Source: Clostridia bacterium (GTDB lineage Bacteria; Bacillota; Clostridia; Oscillospirales; CAG-272). From it: DNA of 24,070 bases. The notes beneath the pieces are model-generated. The model searched no databases and was not told where the DNA came from. It worked only from the letters and a program-made list of their open reading frames with translations. A program made the translations under genes and the position numbers. Each line of letters starts with the position of its first letter. Position 1 is the stretch's first letter. Of this stretch, positions 1 to 6,550 are shown one piece after another. The stretch covers positions 1-24,070 of the forward strand of contig JAFQOC010000591.1 of assembly GCA_017420845.1 (NCBI GenBank), given 5' to 3'.

Positions 1-1
1 A

Positions 2-835
2 ATATCCGCACTTCAACTTGTTTCGCAACAGATACACCACATCTTCGGGGTGCTTCCCGTGGCGATTGTCAGCGACAATATCTTGCACGGTTTCAAATAA
101 ATGTTGCGGCACAATCCGAGGGAACGTATTCGTGTAAACGCCCTCGGTCTTATGCCGATAGATGCCGACATATCTTTCATTTTGTAATATGCCGTATATC
201 ATAGCTGTTGTAAAGGGCTTTCCCGAGCTATGCATCACACCTTCATCCGTTAGCGTTTTTATGATGTTTTTTGCAATTACGCCCGAAGCATACATTTCGT
301 ATATACGGATAACGATCTTTGCTTCATCTTCGCTTATTACGAATTTTCGATTCACAATTTTGTATCCGTAAGGGATCCCGCCTCCGGCGTAGTTGCCCTT
401 GATGCGGGTCTCCCTCATCCCGCGGCTGACCTTCTGCGCCAGTTCGGCGGAGTAGTATTCGGCCATACCCTCCAGGAGCGATTCAAGAATGATACCCTCT
501 GGACCGTCGGGAATATGCTCCTTGGCTGACACCAAGGATATGCCATAATCCCTCAATGTTTTCTTGTGGATCGCCATCTCGAACTTGTTACGAGAGAAGC
601 GGTCAAGCTTGTAGACCAGCACGACATCCCAAGCCTTTTTCTGTGCGTCCTTCAGCATTCGCTGAAAATCGTTTCGATTGTCGTTGGTGCCGGTCATGGC
701 TCTGTCTATGTATGTGTCTACGACCATCATATCGTGATGCTCGGCGTAGGCCATGCACTCTCTGAGCTGACCCTCGATGGATTGTTCGGTTTGCCGCTCG
801 CTGGAATAGCGGGCATAGATGACTGCCGTTTTCAT
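2..835 (-). CDS. Large serine recombinase/integrase (resolvase domain + recombinase domain + start of zinc ribbon); 3' end runs off the window
   Basis: Hand translation from ATG at 835 is open to base 2: MKTAVIYARYSSERQ (catalytic Ser motif), VLVYKLDRFSRN, ESLLEGMAEYYSAELAQKVSRGM, GGGIPYGY, ending YLLRNKLKCGY (start of CxxC zinc ribbon). RBS GAAAGGAG at 845-852. Absent from the ORF track because no stop lies in the window. Confidence 0.95.
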   Translation of the reverse strand, partial: MKTAVIYARYSSERQTEQSIEGQLRECMAYAEHHDMMVVDTYIDRAMTGTNDNRNDFQRMLKDAQKKAWDVVLVYKLDRFSRNKFEMAIHKKTLRDYGISLVSAKEHIPDGPEGIILESLLEGMAEYYSAELAQKVSRGMRETRIKGNYAGGGIPYGYKIVNRKFVISEDEAKIVIRIYEMYASGVIAKNIIKTLTDEGVMHSSGKPFTTAMIYGILQNERYVGIYRHKTEGVYTNTFPRIVPQHLFETVQDIVADNRHGKHPEDVVYLLRNKLKCGY

Positions 836-993
836 GGGAGCAATCTCCTTTCTTTTGATTTCACCCATAAGCATACACGTTTGACGTTCAAATGTAAACT
901 GACGGATGTGGCGAGTTTTGCGCTTTTACTGGACACTTTTGAACCGCACCTGAACCGATTCTGTCCCGATTTGATTCTTGCTCTGATCAGCAT
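832..993 (-). CDS. Possible 53-aa basic peptide upstream of the recombinase
   Basis: ATG at 993 with GAAAGGAG at 1005-1012 (11-nt spacing); its TGA overlaps the recombinase ATG (ATGA). No recognisable family. Confidence 0.3.
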   Translation of the reverse strand: MLIRARIKSGQNRFRCGSKVSSKSAKLATSVSLHLNVKRVCLWVKSKERRLLP

Positions 994-1145
994 ACTCTTC
1001 TTTACTCCTTTCTGCCCAAAGGGCACCATCATCCCATCGGAAAAGGCTGAAGCAGTCAAGGTTCAAAGCATGGCCATTGGAAGTACGAGAAAAAAGTTTG
1101 CATCGGTATTGGTGGACTGGTGGTTTTCAGCGAAGTTTTTTCACC

Positions 1146-1173
1146 TTGACGGCGAAGGCTTTTCTGATATACT
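1146..1173 (+). promoter_or_regulatory. Sigma-A/70 promoter with extended -10
   Basis: TTGACG (1146-1151), 16-bp spacer, TG-a-TATACT (1165-1173); points at the remnant genes. Confidence 0.6.
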
Positions 1174-1308
1174 CCCCCAAAAATAGAAAATCCGTCAATG
1201 TTGTGATGATTGCGAAGCATCAAGAATCATGGCGGGATTAATTCAAGAGAAATATACTCACACAGAAATCAAAACTGTCCATATACGACTCAAGCAACCA
1301 AAACCTCC

Positions 1309-1563
1309 AAGCTCGAGTCCGGCTTCAAGCGCACCGTCAAGAAGGCGGGTAAGAAGACCAAGGACTTCGTGGGCAAGAAAACCGCCCAGGTCAAGGAATA
1401 CCGTAAGCAGTACAAGAGCGACGCGGATTATGCCTTCGACATGGGATTTAAGCGCGGGTGGGACGCGGCGTACGTCAGCCCCCACCGAGCGAGTGCCAGA
1501 TCGGCCGCCGCCCGAGGCTTCAAGAAGGGTATCAACAATCAGTACCGTTCCGATAAGCACTGA
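1309..1563 (+). pseudogene. Lys/Arg-rich gene fragment of unknown function, no supported start
   Basis: KLESGFKRTVKKAGKKTKDFVGKK...GFKKGINNQYRSDKH has strongly coding-like usage (most Lys are AAG, GC-rich third positions). The upstream part of this frame (1210-1308) is AT-rich and has no RBS. Confidence 0.45.
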
Positions 1564-1564
1564 G

Positions 1565-1804
1565 ATGAGATCCGCCATGACTTACATCATGAAGTACATC
1601 GAGAAGTCCGGGGAGAAGCTCGTTTATTCCCGTGGGCTGCCCCAGTATTTCAAATCCGACATTCTGGATGACGACGTGGTATGTCCCATCGGAATGGAGG
1701 ATCAGAAGTTCTTGCTTTTCGACAACTTATCCTGCTTCGAGGATGGGGTGTATATCGGGGAGGTCAGCCCCGAGATGATCAAGCAGATGAAGAAGGCAAA
1801 CTGA
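1565..1804 (+). pseudogene. 3' remnant of an HUH-superfamily rolling-circle replication initiator (Rep)
   Basis: MRSAMTYIMKYIEKSGEKLVYSRGLPQYF...QMKKAN. YIMKY (1583-1597) matches RCR motif III (YxxKY); motif I and the HUH motif II are absent. The first ~110 aa of the 1229-1804 ORF are an off-frame reading of the neighbouring fragment. Confidence 0.6.
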
Positions 1805-1977
1805 CGGCGGATCGTCGGGACAAAGCGGTTCCATGGAAGCAACATTAGCCAGTACGGATACTAAATCGGAAGGACAAAATAAAATGTTCGATATGTAACT
1901 ATGGATTTTCAAAAGGCGTATATAAGCTAGAACGCAAACAGACAACCTACCAAAAACGGTCCATCTATTGAATTGAT

Positions 1978-2008
1978 AAATGCAAAAAGAGCCTCACAAA
2001 TGCAAAAA
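1978..2008 (+). repeat. 11-bp direct repeat AAATGCAAAAA, 20-bp period, upstream of the SBP promoter
   Basis: Copies at 1978-1988 and 1998-2008. Confidence 0.8.
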
Positions 2009-2023
2009 TATTTACAATATATA

Positions 2024-2052
2024 TTGACATTTTGACCGTTATATGGTATAAT
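2024..2052 (+). promoter_or_regulatory. Consensus sigma-A promoter for the SBP gene
   Basis: TTGACA (2024-2029), 17 bp, TG-g-TATAAT (2044-2052). Confidence 0.85.
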
Positions 2053-2118
2053 TGGCACAAAGGTAAAGCCACTATTGTCGGCTTGAACTTTATTTACGAT
2101 CATAAGGAGGAAATCAAC

Positions 2119-3636
2119 ATGAGTCTTACTCTAAAGAGGATCATTTCATTGCTGTTATGTATCATAATTCTTTTGCCAACATTGGTTGCTTGTGGTCAGC
2201 AAACGGAGAACCCGTCTGACACTGACAACAAGCAAAGTGGTGATTCTGGGGACGCAAACAATACGGAAGTATCCGAAACGGAAACAACGGATCCCGTTCA
2301 AGACGCGCTGGATCGCCTGACCGCAGATGTGGACTGGGGTGGCAAAGACTTTGGCATGTTGTACGTCAATGACATTGGCGGTTATGTGGAGGAGGTCGAG
2401 GCTACTGCGGATTCCGGGGATTCCTCCTCCAGCGGCGTCATCAACGATGCGGTGTTTGAAAGAAACACACTGTTTGAGGAGTATTGCAAGCTGAACTTCG
2501 TTCTGATTCCCGTCAGCAGCGGCATGGTTAGTACCAGCCTCAAATCCGAGGTGCAGACCGGAACCGGAGATTTCCATTTGATTACGCAAACCATGACTGG
2601 ATCGGCAGACTCCGCCATTTCAGGTTACCTGCACAACTTCATGGATCTCGACATCGACTACGAGACCCCTTGGTGGGACGCGGGAACCCTGGATTTCGCC
2701 CTGTGCGGCCAAGTGTTCTTCATGGACGGCCCCTTCAATATCGTGGACGATGACGTGACCTTTGTCATGATGTTCAATAAGGAACTGCAGAAGCAGCATC
2801 AGGTTCCCAATCCCTACGAGACGGTCATGAATGGCGACTGGACCCTGGACAATTTCAATTCTATCATTAGTAACCTTTCCGTAGAAAATGGTGACGGAAA
2901 ATGGGACGAAAAAGACACATACGGCTTCTCTACACCCCACTCGATCGGCACTACCTTCTTCTACGGTGCCGGGCTTCAGTATGTGATCAATGACCGTACT
3001 ATGGATCAGCCTGAGTTGGCTCTGGATTCTTCGAAGATGGAAAAAGCACTGGACGTGCTTGCTAAGGCCCGTTCGATCGTCAAGGAGGGGAACTCCACTT
3101 ACGTCGCAGAGGGTACCGAATACGGCAAAGCGAAGGAGATCTTCTTGGATGGCCGAAGCCTCTTTTATGTAGAAGTAGCCAGTTATCTGCGCGCCCTGAA
3201 CAAGAACATGGAGACCGAATACGGTGTGATCCCAATCCCAAAATACAATAAGGAGCAGGAGAAATACCACACCTGGCGAGCCGGAAACGGATCAACTCTG
3301 TCGATTCCCACAACGGTAGCGTCTATGGATGTGGAAATGTTCGCAAAGGTACTGGAGACCTACTGCGTGCTTTCCCAGAAACTGGTGCGTCCCGCTTACT
3401 ATGATATCATGCTGACCACCCGAAACGTTCAGGATGTAGAGTCCTCCGAGATGCTGGATCTCATTTTTGAAAACCGCATTTACGACATGGGTGCCTACTT
3501 TGAGGTTCTTGGCTTTAATACCCTGTTCAACAAGAGCGTTATCGGTGAAGATACCTTCTCCTCCTCCTATGCGGCCGCCGTCAAGACCTACGAAAAGAAG
3601 ATGTTTGTTCTTCTCCAGAAAATCGAGAAGGATTAA
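2119..3636 (+). CDS. ABC-type extracellular solute-binding lipoprotein (probably carbohydrate), 505 aa
   Basis: RBS AAGGAGG before ATG 2119 (true start is internal to the 2032 ORF). Signal peptide with lipobox LVAC, acidic S/T/D/E linker, then SBP-like segments (AVFERN..FEE, PYETVMNGDWTLD, YGVIPIPKYN, DVESSEMLDLIF). Confidence 0.85.
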   Translation: MSLTLKRIISLLLCIIILLPTLVACGQQTENPSDTDNKQSGDSGDANNTEVSETETTDPVQDALDRLTADVDWGGKDFGMLYVNDIGGYVEEVEATADSGDSSSSGVINDAVFERNTLFEEYCKLNFVLIPVSSGMVSTSLKSEVQTGTGDFHLITQTMTGSADSAISGYLHNFMDLDIDYETPWWDAGTLDFALCGQVFFMDGPFNIVDDDVTFVMMFNKELQKQHQVPNPYETVMNGDWTLDNFNSIISNLSVENGDGKWDEKDTYGFSTPHSIGTTFFYGAGLQYVINDRTMDQPELALDSSKMEKALDVLAKARSIVKEGNSTYVAEGTEYGKAKEIFLDGRSLFYVEVASYLRALNKNMETEYGVIPIPKYNKEQEKYHTWRAGNGSTLSIPTTVASMDVEMFAKVLETYCVLSQKLVRPAYYDIMLTTRNVQDVESSEMLDLIFENRIYDMGAYFEVLGFNTLFNKSVIGEDTFSSSYAAAVKTYEKKMFVLLQKIEKD

Positions 3637-3665
3637 AGAGAATCATCCATTCCTTAATTCCAACA

Positions 3666-3705
3666 AAAACCCTCTCAGACACCTGCGGGTATCTGAGAGG
3701 GTTTT
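3666..3705. terminator. Bidirectional intrinsic terminator
   Basis: AAAACCCTCTCAGA-CACC-TGCG-GGTA-TCTGAGAGGGTTTT: 14-bp perfect arms including A/T tracts, between convergent genes. Confidence 0.85.
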
Positions 3706-3720
3706 GTGTGTTGAAGCGGT

Positions 3721-3760
3721 TCAAGAGAGCGGGATGTCACGCCTTGGAGGGACATCCCGC
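3721..3760 (-). terminator. Second hairpin, probable terminator/3' stabiliser of the minus-strand cluster
   Basis: GCGGGATGTC (3729-3738) pairs with GACATCCCGC (3751-3760); followed on the minus strand by TCTCTT, a weak U tract. Confidence 0.55.
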
Positions 3761-3788
3761 GTTGAGGAATCGCTTTGCGGGGAATGTA

Positions 3789-3887
3789 TCAATCATCCTC
3801 GCGCTTTTTACGGGAAAGCATGGCCGCTGCCGCTGCCGCTGCCGCTAAAGCGGTGCCACCCACGCCGAGGGAGGAACGGCAGCCCTT
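3789..3887 (-). other. C-terminal GCxS + hydrophobic helix + basic tail signal (copy 1)
   Basis: KGCRSSLGVGGTALAAAAAAAAMLSRKKREDD-stop. Confidence 0.75.
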
Positions 3888-6455
3888 GCCCGTGGCTTCG
3901 GTGGTAGGCTCGGTAACATCAGGGGACAGCGCATTGGTCTCCTCAACCTCTTCGGTGGCGGGCGGGGTCTCCTCGCCGCTGTCGGTATCGGTCTCGGGGA
4001 CAGTAGAGTTGGCCTCGGTGGAAATATAGCTGAACTTGAAGCGACCGCCGGGAGCAACGTCGCCCGAAATGTAGAAGTCCATAATATCGCCTGAGAACTT
4101 GGTGTAGTCACCCTCGTCATGAACGTTATCCGTCCAGGCGAAGTTCACGGTATAGTCGTTACCGGAAAGGCCCAGATCTGCCTTGGCGATCTTGACAGTC
4201 ATGTGCTTTCCGTCGACCTTGTACTCCACATCTGCCACCTTCTCGGTCTTGCTGTAATCGTCTGCGGCGGTAAACTTCTCCAGTACCAGGGTATTCTCGC
4301 CGGCAGGGGACTTGTTGACAACGTAGTCAAAGGTGTTCCAGCCCTGATTCTCCTGGTTGCAGTCAATGTACAGGGTCATCCACAGGTTATCGGTATAGGG
4401 CGTGATGTTCTCGTTACACTCTACGTGGAACCAGACATATTCATCATCACGAGCTATCTGCGCGCCAATAATGTCGTTTCGGCCCGAGGTCTCAGTGTAG
4501 TAGTGGTCAGCGTAACCCTGAGCGTCACGGTCGTCGGTGTTGCCGATGTAGGCGGCGTAATAGGGCTCTACGGCTGCCCACTGCTCGTTGCCTGCCAACA
4601 AGTCAATGGTTTTATTTGCACTGGGGGTAGGAATAGGACGCGCACCCTTATACTGACGGACGAAATTTACAAGCTGGTAGTAGTAATGATCCTTCAAGTC
4701 ACCCTTCGTGGGTTCGATATCACGGGAGAACTCGTCGTTGTAGGTATCCAGGAAGCCCTGATCCACATATGTCTGACCGGATCCCCAGTTGTACCAACGG
4801 CTGGCCTGCCACTCGTTCCAGCCTGTGACAAATACAACCTGAGGATCGATCTTCAAAGCGTTATTCCATTGCTCGGCGAAGTTGTAGCCCCACTTGGTGG
4901 CCTCGGTCCCTTCTACCTCGTAGCGATTCTCATAGGTGACGGTGTAGGAACGGCCGCATACGTTACTGCCGCTCATACAGGCCATTTGATCCACCACGTA
5001 GTTGTGATTTAGCGCGATGCCCACGGACATCTGTTCCACTACGCCCGCGCGGCGGGACTTTTCGTCCTTGTAGTAGTACGCCTGGGGAGCCTTGGCCAAC
5101 CAGCCCCAGTTGGAGTAGCGGGTCTTGTAGTCACTGATGAGGTACTTGGCCTGACCGCGGCGGAAGGTGAAGAATTCGCTTACTTCCTCGATCAGGGGAG
5201 AGGTAGCCGTCTGGAATGCGCTCTCGATGCCCATGATCATGGGCTTGCCGTCCCAGTAGAACCACAGGTTCTGATACTTGTTTTCACGGTAAATGTCGTA
5301 GTAGATATACGAGAGCTGCATCTTGTTGTACTTGGCATCATTAAAGGGCAGAAGGTAGGAGACCTTAGGAGTCCGCACACCGTCATTCATGGCCTCGGTC
5401 CAGGTATCGTATAGGGTATAGTAGGCCTCCCGATAGATGCGGTCGGTATTGGAGTTGTCGGTAAAGACCACGTCCACCCCGGCATTGGTCAGAAGCTCGG
5501 CTTGACGGCGGAGTACCCACTGATCCGTAGAGCGGTAGTACCCATAAATGGGCTCGTTCCAGAAGAAGGTATGATGGTTGATACCGTTCCATACCTCGTG
5601 ATTCTTGTCATTGGCAGCCTCGGGATACTTCATGGATACGTCCTGAAGCGGGAAGGGTGTGCGGTAGGCAAAGCTCTCGGTGTGCCAGGTCCAGAAGAAC
5701 ATGGCCAGGGTCCTATCCTCCCGGGGATCGCCCACATCGGCGTTGGTCAGGGACTTACGCCCCAGGCCGTCGGTAAAGACCCAGGTATCGGGCATGACCT
5801 CGTGGGTGTAGATGAGGCTGTCCTCAGGGATAACATACTCCTCGGGTACAGGGTGATCGCCTGTCGCGAGATTGGAGGACTCACAGGGGAGGAATGGCTC
5901 CACGGGGGTCTTGGTGAAGGTGACAGTGATCTCCCAGTCCACAGCCTCCTCCACGTCCAGACCCAGGTAGGCGTAGCCCTTTGAGACTCTGGAATCACGC
6001 AGTCTCACGCCCACGCATCCGATAGGATCCGACAGGGCGATGAGGTATTCGCCAGCGGGCTGCTCGTCAAAGGAGAAGTTGTTGGCAGAATCGCTATTGA
6101 TCTTAGACAGATGGGTGGTGGCGACGGGCGTGCCCTGAACGGACTCCGCAAAGGAGCCTGTCCACTTGTACAGGGAAACGTCAACCTCGGGCTTCACCGT
6201 GCTCCATGACCAGGTAAACAGCGTAATGGCGAGCTTGTTGAAGGGGGCACCGAAATTCATGCGGTAACCGTAAGTAGAATAGGTATCCAACCGCTTGTAA
6301 TCCCTTGTGGCATCGGGATTATACGCGCGGATGCGGGAGATCTTGTTTGAAGCAATATTGTCATCCTCGGCATTGACAGGCATAACGAACCGTGCGTTCA
6401 TCATGAGCATCAGAATAACAAGGGACATGATACTCCATTTTTTAAAGTGTTTCAT
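3789..6455 (-). CDS. Secreted, C-terminally anchored glycoside hydrolase-like protein (GH71/GH99-like barrel plus beta domains), 888 aa
   Basis: RBS AAAGGAG before ATG 6455; signal peptide ending PVNA. Motifs AMFFWTWH, FWNEPIYGYYRSTDQWVLRRQAELLTNAGVDVVFTD, VFVTGWNEW, SRDIEP, then ARDDEYVWFHV...WMTLYID (CBM9/DOMON-like), a P/T/E linker, and KGCRSS-hydrophobic-RKKR. Confidence 0.7.
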   Translation of the reverse strand: MKHFKKWSIMSLVILMLMMNARFVMPVNAEDDNIASNKISRIRAYNPDATRDYKRLDTYSTYGYRMNFGAPFNKLAITLFTWSWSTVKPEVDVSLYKWTGSFAESVQGTPVATTHLSKINSDSANNFSFDEQPAGEYLIALSDPIGCVGVRLRDSRVSKGYAYLGLDVEEAVDWEITVTFTKTPVEPFLPCESSNLATGDHPVPEEYVIPEDSLIYTHEVMPDTWVFTDGLGRKSLTNADVGDPREDRTLAMFFWTWHTESFAYRTPFPLQDVSMKYPEAANDKNHEVWNGINHHTFFWNEPIYGYYRSTDQWVLRRQAELLTNAGVDVVFTDNSNTDRIYREAYYTLYDTWTEAMNDGVRTPKVSYLLPFNDAKYNKMQLSYIYYDIYRENKYQNLWFYWDGKPMIMGIESAFQTATSPLIEEVSEFFTFRRGQAKYLISDYKTRYSNWGWLAKAPQAYYYKDEKSRRAGVVEQMSVGIALNHNYVVDQMACMSGSNVCGRSYTVTYENRYEVEGTEATKWGYNFAEQWNNALKIDPQVVFVTGWNEWQASRWYNWGSGQTYVDQGFLDTYNDEFSRDIEPTKGDLKDHYYYQLVNFVRQYKGARPIPTPSANKTIDLLAGNEQWAAVEPYYAAYIGNTDDRDAQGYADHYYTETSGRNDIIGAQIARDDEYVWFHVECNENITPYTDNLWMTLYIDCNQENQGWNTFDYVVNKSPAGENTLVLEKFTAADDYSKTEKVADVEYKVDGKHMTVKIAKADLGLSGNDYTVNFAWTDNVHDEGDYTKFSGDIMDFYISGDVAPGGRFKFSYISTEANSTVPETDTDSGEETPPATEEVEETNALSPDVTEPTTEATGKGCRSSLGVGGTALAAAAAAAAMLSRKKREDD

Positions 6456-6498
6456 ATAAGTCTCCTTTATGTAAGGATATTGGGGGGATCTGGTTATC

Positions 6499-6543
6499 GG
6501 GATTGCCTCGCCCGTGAGGATAAACCACAGGCGAGGCAACCCC
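6499..6543 (-). promoter_or_regulatory. Intra-operon stem-loop without U tract
   Basis: Minus-strand RNA GGGGUUGCCUCGCCUGUG-9 nt-CACGGGCGAGGCAAUCCC pairs over 18 bp with two G-U wobbles; begins 7 nt after the stop at 6551. Confidence 0.7.
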
Positions 6544-6550
6544 TTATTGA

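Larger units (their letters stand above)
1..1804. mobile_element. Right-hand part of a degenerate integrative element (serine integrase + rolling-circle Rep remnant)
   Basis: Serine recombinase next to a truncated YxxKY Rep fragment and a second gene fragment. Boundaries and att sites were not identified, so the right end is approximate. Confidence 0.6.

Noticed and set aside
566-1186. 206-aa + strand ORF (and 162-371, 556-765)
   Set aside because: Antisense to the clearly recognisable serine recombinase; no family features or RBS.
1229-1804. 191-aa ORF as a single real gene
   Set aside because: The first ~110 aa are an S/R/P-rich off-frame reading of the Lys-rich fragment; only the last 80 aa look coding in this frame.
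1829-1838. Palindrome TTCCATGGAA as the element's att site
   Set aside because: Only 10 bp, with no partner copy in the window; cannot be distinguished from chance.
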